Notes: generated by a model not told the origin, from the letters alone. A DNA stretch of 64,000 nt from Octopus sinensis (GCF_006345805.1 NC_042997.1:49848001-49912000), one strand, 5' to 3'. Positions 24,978-38,398 are shown, numbered from the stretch's first letter. Numbers and translations are program-made.

Positions 24978-25531
24978 TGTTATGGCTTGGGGTGCGACGT
25001 GGCCTACAAGTTGAAGCGCACCAAAAACGAAAATCTTCTGAAGGATTGCAGGGGGAAGGAATGCTAGTCATGGTTTTTCTCAGTCGAGGTTGGCTGCAGG
25101 GGGTTCCCTACCCATTGGAATGAGAGGAAAAGAAGGAAGGGTGGCTGTGCGCAGAATGGGAGAAGCAGCAGAAAAGAGCCTCTCGCTGGTTATGGAGCAA
25201 GAGAGAGGAGTTCAACTGGAAGCGAGGAGAGGATGCTGACCAGTGACTTGGTCACCTCTGCTGATCCACCAATGTGAGGGTGTTACAGTTCAGTGTCGAA
25301 ATATTCGATGGTTGTCGGGTACAATCTGGTGACATAAGTTCTTCCTGGTCAAAGCTGCGTTCACTTTGGTGAGTGGAAGAGAAGCACCTTCTTCTGTGTA
25401 ATATCAATAACATTAATAAAAGAAATCATGTTTATCAATTATATTTTCCTCTGTTTACGTTAATAAAAATTTCGTTATTTTTGTCGTCTAAATCAAAAAC
25501 ACAAGAGCCAACGACTAAGAAACAACCTTAC
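24978..25531 (+). mobile_element. Possible decayed solo LTR
   Basis: TG...CA ends, GA-rich body and AATAAA signals near the 3' end; no clean TSD found. Confidence 0.3.
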
Positions 25532-25808
25532 ACAAGAACGTTCCAACTATATCTAATTGTTTTATACTGTTAATGTATTGCATCAAAGATTTTCGTAATT
25601 CATCCCATATATAAATATGATATTGTTCTGTTTCCCATTTATCCCATATATAAATATAATATTGATTGCTTCAACATCACTTAAACATTAATTTAATGGT
25701 CGCAATCTTTGTAATTCTAGCTTATATTATAATATATAGCCTAATCTACAACATTTTGTTGAATGCTTTTCCCCGCTTGATTATTTACCCTGTTGTGCAT
25801 CTATTTTT

Positions 25809-25843
<35 letters not shown>

Positions 25844-26269
25844 CATGGATGCATCTATATACTCACGTTTATGTGTGCTTTATGTGTCATTTCATCTGTG
25901 ACTTATGAATGGGTAAATATGTGTGTCTGAATGTGTAGACAAATCAAAGCGTGCAGCTACAGAGATGACATAACATGCAAGTAGACATACCTACGTGAGC
26001 AGATTGATGCACGCATACATACAACCATACATACATACACACATCCATTCATACATACATACATACATACATACGTACATACATACATACATACATACGT
26101 ACATACATACATACATACATAAGACAGACAGACAGATTGATAGACAGACAGCTAGACAAATAGACAGATAAATAACTAAATAGATTCACGTGCATACACA
26201 CACACATATGCATATATATATATTTATAATGTATTTCTCTTTGTTTAGCAATCCATCGGTCTACACATG

Positions 26270-26325
<56 letters not shown>

Positions 26326-26479
26326 TAGTGTGTGGTATTGTTAAATTTATTTTAAGAACTAATTGAATGCTAGCTGGAGATAAAGGAGAGTAAACAAAAG
26401 TAAAGAAAACAAAGCAACATCGGTATTAAAATCCCTACATCAAGAAAAAATGGATGATTATGATGAATTGATATCTTTT

Positions 26480-27400
26480 ACTCGGATAAATGTTTCAGGG
26501 ACAACATGCACAAATTGATATTGTTTTAATAGCAATTCTGCTTTCCTGCAGTTCACATCCTTTGTTAATAGATGGATTCTGTTTGTTAATGAGGAAAGCG
26601 TCCTTAATTCTCAAATTACCGATGTTCCGTTCTGTTGCCTTGATGGCAATCGTGTTGTTTTCAATGCAGCATTCCTTTAACTGTTTCTTAACTGATGTGT
26701 TTGGGATGGCGAGTTCATTACAGTAGACACACTGTTTTCGAATAAAGCGAAGAACACCGACGCACGAAAGGAAATTTGACGAAGTTTTCGGACATGTAGC
26801 TGTTTCTATGTAGGTAAGGCTATATTTATCGCAGACTATTTAATACGCTACATTAGCTTTTGAGTACATATCCACATAATTGCTAAAGCTGCATCTAACG
26901 TGCACATATCTTAACTGGCATTTAAACGATTTCCAGAGAGGAATTTCAAGGAAGGACCAGAGTGCTAATCTATATACCTAAAGAGTCTCTCTGCATCGTC
27001 GAACGATCCATGGCAGCGGTTCTATCGTCAAAATATGGCGCTAACGGGAAGCACTGGTCATCCGTGAAAGTCTGACTTTCTTTTAGTGGAGTATATTGGT
27101 ATATTGGCGTTCTTTGAAAGATGGCAGATGGTTTAGTCCAAAAGAACCTTTCAGAATCCCTTGATGTCGGTAGTTTTATCTACTACCTTGCTGCATTTAT
27201 TATTTTGTGCGTAGATAGCCTTGGCTCTACTGAGTAGGGCTGATTTGTAATTGATATTTTGAAGCTTATATAACGTAAGTTCCTTTCCGCAAGCCAGGAG
27301 ACAGTCTTCCTCGGTATTATGGCAAAAGATACAATATGATGTTTGTTGCACGACCTTACTTACACCAGCCATGATTATTATGGGTAAGCAAGGTTGTATA
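26480..27400 (-). mobile_element. Penelope-like element remnant (RT C-terminus plus GIY-YIG endonuclease)
   Basis: Minus strand: SALLSRAKAI, then NVAY*IVCDKYSLTYIETAT (NVVY..C..C...YIG.T), then ATERNIGNLRIKDAFLINKQNPSINKGCEL. Confidence 0.75.
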
Positions 27401-28542
27401 CCAGAGTGGGGGATGATAGAAGGTGAGATTGTGAGATGATGTGTAGAAAAGGCAAAGAGAGAGGAAAGGGGGAGGAGGTCAGTGATAGATGTACACACGC
27501 GCACATACATTTCGGCATCCTGACACGCACTTATACACACGCGCACACACATATATTTATATAGTGCAGAAAAGTGGAGAAAGCGAGATAAAAGAGCCTT
27601 GGGTCATAGGAGTAGTAAACACTGAGACTGACACCTGTCAAGATAAAAGAGTAAAGTCGTAGACAAGAGTGTCTTAACGTTTTTATAGTATTTGGGTCCA
27701 ATGAGTTCCGATTTATCAGTCATGGCATTCAACTATTGCCTTTGTAAACACTTTCATAAATCAAAGTCTTTCCTAGGGTGTCTGGCCACGAATTTACATA
27801 CACATCCGCTGACATGGACAGAGACAGATAGACTCGCACATCTATATACACTGATTCACGCGCACTCACACACCGGTATACATTTATAAAAATATATATC
27901 TCTGTACACATACATTCCCACGTATACGTGCCAACACATTCACATACGCACAAGCAAAGTGCTTGCTTACTGACTTCGCTCCGTCCCATATGCTACTTAC
28001 GCATACGCATAAACATCTGTCTCTACAAGCCTTTAGCGCACGTGTGTGCGCGTGTTAACTTCTGCAAGTGTGAATAAAATATCCAATGGTGTTGCGTAAG
28101 TATGCCTCGTACATTGCAGATATTTTGTACTCTATCATACATCACCTAATAACAACTTAACCACGACTTGTTTTACGGGTAAATTTATAAAGGCATTAGC
28201 TGAATAGCACGTCTGGCAAACCAGAACTAGCTGATCCCAAATACCCTGAGAAAATCAAAACAGATTGTTTTCACCCAACGGGTTATATAGGAATGGATTG
28301 TGTCACCGATTACCGCACCCAAATTGTTAGTGTGTGCGTGTGTGCGTGTGCACAAGTGTTAGACTTCTATATTTTGATTAGCTTATTTTTTTGCAGCCAT
28401 GAAACAAATAAGCTAAATAAAATATGGGAGTCTAACATTGACAGAAAACTGAAACTTAGATTGTTCCGGGCATGTTCACGAAATTACTCTGCTATAGAAC
28501 TCAGAAACTTGGACCATAACACGAAACCTAGAAATTAGATTA

Positions 28543-28770
28543 TACTCTTTTACTCTTTTACTTTTTTCAGTCATTTGACTGCGGCCATGCTGTGGCACCG
28601 CCTTTAGTCGAGCAAATCGACCCAGGACTTATTCTTTGTAAGCCTAGTACTTATTCTATCGGTCTCTTTTGCCGAACCGCTAAGTTACGGGGACGTAAAC
28701 ACGCCAGCATCGGTTTTCAAGCGATGTTGGGGGGACAAACACAGACACACAAACACACACACACACACAC

Positions 28771-28824
<54 letters not shown>

Positions 28825-29016
28825 ATATATATATATATATAATATATATACATATATACGACAGGCTTCCTTCGGTTTCCGCCTACCAAATCCACTCACA
28901 AGGCTTTGGTCGGCCCGAGGCTATAGTAGGAGACATTTACCCAAGGTGCCACGCAGTGGGACTGAACCTGGAACTATGTGGTTGGTTAGCATGCTACTTA
29001 CCACACAGCCAGTCCT
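28543..29016 (-). mobile_element. SINE family A
   Basis: Full head, core and tail. Confidence 0.9.
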
Positions 29017-29056
29017 AAACTATTGAGAAGAATTTTAAACACCAGTTGGAGAGATC

Positions 29057-30229
29057 TGTAGCGTAGACTCGGGTGAAAGTCCTCTCTTCCATTCATCATA
29101 TATACGTGCATTCGAACGTAGCAAGGAACAGCTAGTCTTTGACCGCTATTTGTATCCCGTTGTGTCCATTACTCTGATTGGTTGGTATTGGCGCAATGTG
29201 TCTCCTACTCGGTGTTGTGCCAGCTTGTCACATATAACCAGTCAGAGGCTCTGAATAGGATCACGTGGAACAGCCTGTTCACAACCCCGTTTTTAGCCTA
29301 CAGCTCCTTATAAAAACAGCTTTTCCTCGTTCCGGGGTCTTTGACTCTAGACCTGTCAATATCTGCCACTGACCACGAAGATACAGCCAGTTCCAGCGAC
29401 AACACCAGACAACACACCACCACAGCGGCTACATTGAGTCTTACCAACTTCATCCAACAGCATTGCGGCAACCTCCTTCTTCATCGCCACCATCTCTCCT
29501 TCTTCATCGCCACCATCTCTCCTTCTTCATCGCCACCATCTCTCCTTCTTCATCGCCACCATCTCTCCTTCTTAACATCGTCAACATCATTTCTCTACGT
29601 ACACAGCTCTGCAAGCGATGCACCCAGGTTCCAACAGTTCACTGTTCGCGAATTATTTCACTACAGATCAACTGCGAATACACAACCTGCATGAACTCCT
29701 GTGCAAGTCACCCAGGCAGCAGCATCACAGCCACGACTTCACGTACGACTGTGCCTGTAACCGGCTCAGCATCATGGCCGCGAATTCTTGATACAGTATT
29801 TCATCTACCGTGTACGATTGACTACAAACTGGTATTATCTTTCTTGTGTCTATGAACTTACTTCTCACTTCGTTGGTTTGTTGACGCTTTCACTGCCCTC
29901 TTCTTCATTGCCATCCTTAAATGTACTCAATACACGTGCATACATCTTTGCCTACACACACACATACATTTTGTTCTCATGACGACCTGTCCATTATTCT
30001 GTATTCATGATGCACACACAGACACACATGTTAACATATCAATATTCTCTTAATCATTCTCATGCAGTTGTGTCTCTTTTCTTCTGGCATTTATTTGTTC
30101 CATTCAATTTATCTGTCGGGACTGTATGATTCCTTTATTCTCTTTATTGTAGGGGCTGTATCATTCCTATATATTCCTATACGGTACAAAAGGGCTATTC
30201 TCGTCACCTCACGTCACACGGCCTTTACA
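29057..30229 (+). mobile_element. Solo LTR (Gypsy-like) with 4-bp TSD
   Basis: TGTA...TACA ends and GATC TSD at 29053-29056 and 30230-30233; removing it restores host RTE peptide WRDHITN. TATA-like box near 29310 and an internal 23-bp x4 tandem repeat at 29474-29572. Confidence 0.85.
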
Positions 30230-30731
30230 GATCATATAACCAACAGAGAATTATCCCAAGGCTTGTCACTGTTGTTAGACATCATTCGGCAGCGAAGATT
30301 ATGCTTTGAGGTCATTGCCAAAGAGGTGGGGACCAACCGGTTTCTAAGCTTTTATTTTGGTTACCAGCAGGAGGTAAGCGGTGCAGAGGAGCAGGAATGA
30401 TGATCTTTCCAAAAACGCTCAGAGAGGGGATACTGGTGTGAATTCTGATTTTGAAATCAAGGTGGGAGACAAAGATGATGATGATGATGATGATGATGAT
30501 GATATGTGTGTATGGTGTAATGAGATCCGTCCTTCAACGAGGATTCTGTTCCATGAATTAAATTATCTCCTCCTGGGTTAATGTGTAAGCGGCTGAACAT
30601 TCCACAGACACGTGTAACATAATATTCTCGTTGTTTCTGTCAATTTTGTCTTCGTCTTACGCTTATGCCAAGGGAGATAATAACTCGAGTTGAGATATAT
30701 AGACGGTGTAGGGAAAAAAGGGGAGACTAAG

Positions 30732-30787
<56 letters not shown>

Positions 30788-31964
30788 AGGATCTATACGT
30801 TAACAACAGAAGTTTTAATACAGAAATTACAAAAATTCTAGTTTAAAAAGTAGCTCTAAAATAATATGCACAGAAAGTCCAAATACTTTTTGTTAATAAA
30901 CGATTTCAAAAATCCACATTTAAGAGACGTTGAAAACTCGTTCAGATAAGACAGATTTTTTGCCATATTTTCAGAGAGTTGCTAGGTAACTGAAAAAGTT
31001 TCATTATATATCTAGCTGACCCCAGATTTTTATATATGAATCGAACAATGATTGAAACTAAAACGCAAAACAGTGTCGAAAGAGATTAAAGCAATTTGAG
31101 TGGCTGTATGGTTAAAAGGATTACTTTGCAATCACGTGGTTTCGGGTTCAGACCCACTGCGCAAAATATAGCCCCGGGCTTCTACTACAGCCCTGGGCTG
31201 ACCACTGTTTTATAAGTGAAATTGGTTGACAGAAACTGCATGGAAGCGACGATGTAATCGACTTACTCTATGTTTAGCCCCTTGTGGGCAATAAAGAAAT
31301 AAGACACTGCATGGAAGCCCGTCGAATATGTGTGTGTGTGTCTATGTGTGAATGTGTATAAGGAATTTCATTAGGACGACACGGGTGAAAGATCCTCAAA
31401 GAGCATCAGAATCGTGCTAAGAAAAATCTTTATGCACCAAATGGAAAAACAATAACTTAGTTTATCGATCCATTACAAATTGCCGCAAATGATAGAGAGA
31501 TCAATCCCGATCAAGAGGTCGACTTGTCGGAGAAGATAAGGTCCGACATGGAACAAAAAATGAAAGTGAAATCACAGGATATTCAGCTTTGCGACGTGTT
31601 CCCACACAGTTACCGCCTATTTCCCCCCCACAAGACAGTAATCGGTCCCCATAGTAGAAGACATTAGCTCAATAATAATAGCACCTAAGGCGGCGAGCTG
31701 GCAGAATTGTTAGTACGCCGGGCAGAATGCTCAACGGTATTTCACCCGTCTTTACGTTCTGAGTTCAAATTCCGCCGGGGTCGACTTTTCCTTTCATCTT
31801 TTCGGGGTCGATAAATTAAGTACCAGTGTAATCGATGTAATCGACTAGTCCCCTCCCCCCAAATTTCAAGGCCTTGTGTCTTCAGTAGAAAAGAATATTA
31901 ACAGCATCTGTTCATCAAATTTACTGGCGGGAAGCACTAGAGCTCAAAATCATACTGGAGATCT

Positions 31965-32270
31965 AGCTTCTTCTTCTTCTTCTTCTTCTTGGGATCGGAT
32001 CCATAATGCATTTCGCCCCCATCACGTGAGTGCTTTCTGCCCCCACCATTAGCTCAATTTCACGTTGTGTGCCTCTACCAATGTAGTGGAGCAGTTTTCA
32101 TTCTCTGTTGTCAAAGTCTTCAAATTACAACTTTCGCTATGCCTGTTGATCATCATCACAGCAGTGGCCAGCAAAGCCTGCCCTGCACCGAGCATTGATA
32201 GAAGAGAAGAGCGAAATGCGCCCTTCAATGAACTCTTTGTTCTTATACTCTCGCCATAAAACATTTTGAA
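31965..32270 (-). mobile_element. RTE LINE 3' end with (GAA)n tail
   Basis: Minus-strand RCRAGFAGHC (RRLRFAGHC-like motif) followed by GAAGAAGAAG tail. Confidence 0.55.
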
Positions 32271-32284
32271 CCCTTATGAGAAAC

Positions 32285-33010
32285 CTAGTATATGTCCCAT
32301 ACCAGTATATAGATGCACTATTTTACACTTGAAATTATCTGAAAAATTAAAAAATTAAAAAAATTAAAAACTGGGATGCTACTGTAACGAGCTTAATGAG
32401 ATGCGAATATCTTCGTGCACTTTCGGGGTGCACAAAGCAATCACTCACTAGCCGTTACTTTAATAATCCAGAATCTCTACTAGTCAGAAACAAACAGGAC
32501 GCAGACGTAAAATATACATATAACTACTTTATTCTCTTTCTTGGTAAACAATAACAATAAGTGTGTTATCTGATGTCCTAGGTTCGGGCGCGCACCGCTA
32601 TAAGTTAATAGATTGTAATATTTACAATGTCCAGCCCAAAAACAGAAAGGGGTCAAAATGGCGTCGAACAGGGAAGTTGAAATGTGGTCGGCAACAATTT
32701 GGTTAAAGGTATTTCGGCCGACTGCTGCTAGAATCAAGCCCTGACGGAGAGAGAATATACGCGTGACCGTCGCCTTCAATCGCTGGTTCCCAAGTCATTG
32801 GCTGCTGCTGCTAGCGGTCAAACGTTCTACGACCCCCTTGCCTCGCTAACTGCTACGTAGGCAATAGGGTCGTGCGACCGGTGGTTCGCGCATGCGCGAG
32901 AGGGGCCTTCCTTTCTGTGCCTTGGTAAAGGCACCAACACGCGCGAAATACAAATGGGCGGTGCGCGAGCGCGCGCCGTTGTCGGATCACTACACTACTT
33001 TATACTAGTG
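32285..33010 (-). mobile_element. Probable non-autonomous Helitron-like element with a GC-rich interior
   Basis: CTAG end with a decayed subterminal hairpin (CCCATAC..TATAGAT); CpG-rich interior with hairpins; no TSD or TIR. Confidence 0.4.
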
Positions 33011-33288
33011 GCAAAGCCAAAACTATGAAGAAAAAAATTTGGTATCAATACGTAACACTAAATTAGGGTTGTGATATATACATGAATATGTCTGATACAC
33101 GAGTAAATTACAGTAATTGCCAAATATTTTGATACTAGTTACAGTCAGTCAAGATTTGTTCTTTGTGTATCAGGGAGTCTCCTATTATCAGCAACACAGG
33201 GCTGAAGATAGCCGAAGTAATTTATTTTAATCAACTGTAGCTAAATTATGTATTAGCACTATACCAATATAATGGAAGGAGCGAAACT

Positions 33289-33605
33289 GCGTGGCTTAAT
33301 GGTTAGGCTCTTCGGCTCACAACTGTATGGCCGTGAGTTCGATTCCTGGCGGCGCGTAGTGTTGTTAAATAAGACGCTTTATTTCACATTGCTCCAATTC
33401 ACTCAGCTGGCAAAAAATGAGTTGTTCCTGTATTTTAAAAGGCTAGCCTTGTCAAATTCTGCGCCACGCTGAATCTCTCCGACAACCACGTTAAGGGTAC
33501 GTGTGTCTGTGGAGAGCTCAACCCTTGCACGTTAATATTACGAGCAGGCTGTTCCACTGATCGGATCAATTGGAACACTCATTGCCGCAAACGACGGAGG
33601 TCCAG
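33289..33605 (+). mobile_element. tRNA-derived SINE family D (other copies about 43095-43380 + and 4620-4860 -)
   Basis: A box TGGCTTAATGG, B box GAGTTCGATTCC, and shared body TTGCTCCA.T.CACTCAGCTG...GCTGAATCTC...CGTTAAGGGTAC.TGTGT. Confidence 0.8.
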
Positions 33606-33678
33606 TTTTTATTTATTATTTTTTTTTAATAACGAAACTACCACGAAAGATATATGTCTGAAGGGATTTTATACTGTA

Positions 33679-33979
33679 CTAGCACTATGACCCAAAAGAC
33701 ATAACACGTCTTCGCAAAACACAAAAATGCGCTGAGCCATACAGACTGTCTGCAAATGCGCATGCGCATTCAACTATTGGGCATAAGGGGTCGGTTTATC
33801 GATTTTTTAAATGGCTTTCTGGGGTGACTGTGGAAATGAAAAGATCTTCACGACCAGCTTCAGACAGTTTTGAAAGCCCATAGAAAATGCGAGCCTTTTA
33901 CGTGAAAAACTGTGGATTTGTATAAAGGACACATAGACACACAGATACACAGGCATTTTGCCGTTTATAGATATAGAGA
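33679..33979 (-). mobile_element. Short non-autonomous Helitron
   Basis: Minus strand A|TCTCTATATCTATAAACGGC...CTAG|T: TC start, CTAG end, inserted between A and T. Confidence 0.6.
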
Positions 33980-35161
33980 TTTACAAGGTTTTCGTCCCTT
34001 TAGCTTTATATGAATAACAGCGAATTTGCAGAGTCGTTAGAATAGCATCGGATAGAATGCTTTGCGGTATTCGTTCCAACATTTGCATCTTTTCTGTTTG
34101 GCTGTCACTTTACGATTTCTTCAATTGCACTGAGGTCGATATAATCGACTTAATCCCTTTGTCTATCCTTGTTTGTCCCTTCTATGTTTAGCCCCCGTGT
34201 GGACAATAAAGAAATAAATATTTTATTTGTTTACACGTGACAATACGTGCTGTCACGCATAAAATGACAACTTCCAAATCCCGATATCTGACTGGGTAAA
34301 AATGATCAAACTTTAAACCTCTGTAACTTTTTTTAAAACTGTTTTTCTGGAAAAGATTAATTATCTCCTGAGATTCACCATGGAAAATTACATCAATACA
34401 CCAAATTGTAAAATTTTCACTAAACTTTAAAATTTCCACAAGTAGAAGAGACCCCAATACTTTGCGATCGAAGTACAAATTCCACTGAGATCGGCTTTGA
34501 TCTTTCATCCTTCTGAGGTCAATGAAATGAAATCCAATCAAGTACTTATATCGAATTAAACGTTCTTCAACGAGGCTCCCAAGACAATCCGAAATGACAC
34601 ACCAACTAGAGTACATTGCCATTGCATCAATATTATTTATCAATCACGTCGAGCAAAATGCTAAGGGGAATTTCGTCCGTCTTTATGCTCTGAGTTTAAA
34701 TTCCGTTGAAGTCGATTTTGACTTTTATTCTTTCGGGATAGAAAAAATAAATACCAGTTGAGCACTGGGATCGATGTAATCGACTTATACCCACCCCCCG
34801 AAATTGCTGGCCTCGTGTCAATATTTGAAACATCAATGGTTTCTAACCATGGTATTGCGATAACCTATCGCTGTCGTAGGCGATATTTAAAATACTTTAG
34901 CCTCTTCCTTGCTTGTCCTAAACGTCCATCCTTGTTTTCAGACTTCTAGTTGTTAGCCTCATTTCATACGTTCTGTAATATAAAACTTCCTTTTCATAAA
35001 TCTCAAGAATTTACTTCGGTGGCTGAAAAAGATTAGGAGTGTGTATTATACATGAAAGATGGATGCCAGGCAATTATGATCCTGTTTACGATATATGATA
35101 CGCAGGACAGGCGGAGTTAAAAGGGCGTCACTCTCATTCGAAGCAAGTCCTCAATAAAAAG

Positions 35162-35696
35162 GACAAGTAGCACAAAGAACGACCCTTCATCAGTTGTCGG
35201 TTGTCTATCTGCCCCTCATTTCGAGCATTCAACGACAATATGAGTCTTCGAAAACATTTGCCTCCATAAGTACCAAAACAAAATTTGGGATTTATGGAGG
35301 GTCAAGTTGGGAACAAAAGAAAGATTGGACGATGGTCACGTCTCTCTCTTCCCGTCTCTCTCTCTCTCGTTGCTCACACGTGACCATCGTCTGTCTTTCT
35401 TTTCATCACTTGATCATCTATCTCTTCTCTTGTCAAAGAAAAAATTTCTCCAGCGTTCGCTATTTTACTCCCGTTCTGGTCTAATGACCCTCCATATTTG
35501 TTTTCATTGGGTTCCTTTATATGTCTCCACTTTCCTGTTTTTGTTCCCAACTTTCACCTTCCATAAATCCCAAATTTTATATTGGTACTTATAGGAGCAA
35601 CTGTTTTCGGAGACTCATATTGTCATTCAATGCTCGAAATGAGGAGTAGACATAAGGCTGACAACTGATGAAGGGTCGTTCTTTGTGTTACTTGTC
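35162..35696. mobile_element. Fold-back element with nested inverted repeats
   Basis: Outer arms 35162-35318 and 35539-35696; inner arms 35319-35340 and 35379-35399. Confidence 0.8.
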
Positions 35697-35931
35697 GTTT
35701 TCCATTTGTTTCTTTCCTTGTTTGCGTATTGAATCTATTTATTTTCGTATTTCATGTTGTTTACTGCTAGTGACGTCCTGCACCTATATATGCATGTGTG
35801 TGTGTGTGTGTGTGTGCGTGTGTGTGTGTACATATATACATAAATATATTATTTATATCATTATTTGTTTGAACGCCATGCATCCATTTCCAAGTAAGTT
35901 ATATATATATAAGTTATATATATATATAAGT

Positions 35932-36011
<80 letters not shown>

Positions 36012-36015
<4 letters not shown>

Positions 36016-36113
36016 TTTATTAAAAAGCAGCAAAAATATAAAGCATATTACTCTACCTCTGGTATTCGAGTACTAACTTTTTCACCTTGTTTTGCATTTA
36101 TGTGCTTACTCTG

Positions 36114-36118
<5 letters not shown>
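36012..36118 (+). mobile_element. Deleted relative of the 22.7-kb palindromic element, in (TA)n
   Basis: Starts ACTTTATT.AAAAGCAGCA.AAATATAA like 22709-22738, then lacks the hairpin core. Confidence 0.5.
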
Positions 36119-36186
<68 letters not shown>

Positions 36187-37379
36187 GTACATGTGTGTGT
36201 GTGTGTCTCTCTCACTGTGTATGTACATGTGTATATATATATATTTGTGTCTTTGTCACCCCCATCATCACTTGACAACCGATGTTGGTGTGTTTACGTC
36301 CCTATAACTTAGCGGTTCGGCAAAAGAGACTTACAAAGAATAAGTCCTAGGGTCAAATTCTTCGACTAAAAAACCGTTAAGGCGGTGCCCCAGCATGGTC
36401 GCAGTTAAATGACTGAAACAAGTAAAAGAATAAAAAAATACACACACACACACACACATATATATATACATATATGTATGTGTGTCTGTTTTCCCCATTA
36501 CCGCTTGACAACCGGTGTTGGTGTGTTTACGTTTCCATAAGATAGCGGTTCAGCAAAAGAAACTGATGGAAAAAATGTATTAGGGTCGATTCCTTCGACT
36601 TCAGCAAAAGAAACTGGTGGAAAAAAATGTACTAGGGTCGATTCCTTTCGACTTAAATTCTTCAAGGCGATGCTCCAGCATGACCGCAATCTGTTGACTG
36701 ATACAAGTAACAAGTAAAAATGTAAGCTCCATCGTTCCTAAGAATTTCTGGTCTCGTGTGAATGTTAAATTGAATCAATATTACTGATTAGCCTGGCAAC
36801 AAGCTGGCAGAGTTGTTAGCATGCCAGGGGCAAAATGTTTAGCAGCATTTCGTCCGTCTGTGTGTTCTGAGTTCATATTCCGTCAAGGTTGACTTTGCCT
36901 TTCATCCTACCGGGGTTCGATGAAAAAAGTACTAGTTGAGTACTGGGGGTCATCGGCTTACCCACTTCCTCGGAATTACTGTTCTTGTGTCAAAAATTGA
37001 AACCAACTGCAGGAAAAGAAAGAAAATAAATAAAGATTTAGTTGAAAGCCAGGTTAAAAATTTAGGCGATGAAGAGGAAGGAGGTCATTAAGCCTGCTAA
37101 CCCAGAAACAACCACACATTGCTCGATCTGCTAGAAATAGCAGCCAAATAACCTTTAAATTCGACCCTAATGTCCCCAAACAAAGGACAATAGTGAAACA
37201 TCTGTTTAATCACACCATATTACAAAATGTCGAGATGGTCATAGCAGGATGTATTTATTTCTGTTCATGCGAGCTGTCTTGGTGTTAAACATGTCTAGCA
37301 ATATTGATACAGGCCACCCTATCAAATGCGTGTAAAACGTAGAAGTCGAGTCTCTTTAAGCATTTGTAAACCTTTATAC

Positions 37380-37639
37380 CAGGGGTTCTCAACCACTTTT
37401 TTTTTTATCTGTGGACCCCTTTGATTGCTATTTCATTCTAGTGGACCCCCTAAGCTATTAGTTGTTTAAAAACTAGTTCTATACAAACTTCTTTCAAAAT
37501 ACCCATTTTATTTTTCACCCATTCCCTTGTGTAGGTTGAACTATGCAAAATGTTAGAGAAAGAAACCTGACTGTTTCTTGCAATATATACATCTAAAGCA
37601 AAATTATTCTGTCGCGTGGACCCCGGTTGAGAACTACTG
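37380..37639. mobile_element. hAT (Charlie-like) MITE
   Basis: TIRs CAGGGGTTCTCAAC / GTTGAGAACTACTG; 8-bp TSD CTTTATAC / CTATATAC. Confidence 0.85.
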
Positions 37640-38359
37640 CTATATACAATTACTTTTCCAGTAAATGTCAGTTATGAACGTAGTTATTTCTGTTTTGTTA
37701 CAAAAATTCAGCCCTGATCTAGCAAGTTGGTCATTAAAGATATTCTAGCGATGGGCATCAGTTATTTCCCCCCCCCCACACACACTTAGCGATCGTGAAT
37801 CGAGTTACTATGCAACTCTTTTTCTGTTATAATTCCATACATTACTGGAATATAAACGGATTCCTATACTCGACTGGGACATTATATTGAACTCCAGAAC
37901 GTTTAAAGACAAATCTAACACCAGTGGGATTTGAGCTCAGAAAGTAAGGGATCATAATTAAACATTACAAGTATTTGGTCCCCATCAGCTCTTTTGCTTT
38001 AAAAACATGTTATTTGACTGCTATTTTTAGTAAGCTGAACGACCACGTGGACGTAAGGCTTCCCATGTTAGCGTGCTCAATATTTTCGTTCGTGGTCTAC
38101 GCGAGCAGATTATAATCTTATTTAACTACTATTTTCTATCTCCGTGTAAATCGAACATTATTAATAACATAATTGGGAATTAAGTGGAGTCTATAAAAAA
38201 AAACAACAACTGAAGAATATGTGGGGAAAAGAAGAATCTACGCAGCATTGTTAAACTATAAATATATACGTTATAAGTGAATGTATATAGTTTGAGTGTG
38301 TATAGTAAGTAATAAAGCCATTAATGACTTATTAAAGGAAAACGAGCACTCTCAGCTGC

Positions 38360-38398
38360 AACTACGGTTCCCATGATGCCTCAGCAACACCGGAAGTG
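38360..38398 (+). promoter_or_regulatory. Putative WDR45B promoter: ZNF143/Staf-like motif and ETS motif
   Basis: AACTACGGTTCCCATGATGCC (ACTACAnnTCCCAnnATGC-like) at 38360-38380 and CCGGAAGTG at 38390-38398, about 200 bp upstream of the ATG in TE-free DNA. Confidence 0.6.

Larger units (their letters stand above)
28395..30440 (+). mobile_element. RTE LINE 3' fragment interrupted by a SINE and a solo LTR
   Basis: NKLNKIWESNIDRKLKLRLFRAC..SETWTIT | SINE | LLRRILNTSWRD | LTR | HITNREL..IIRQRRLCF. Confidence 0.75.

Noticed and set aside
29341-29855. Overlapping 117-130 aa ORFs
   Set aside because: They arise from a 23-bp tandem repeat within a solo LTR.
33289-33360. tRNA gene candidates (A and B boxes) at SINE heads
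   Set aside because: No complete cloverleaf; they continue into multi-copy SINE bodies.
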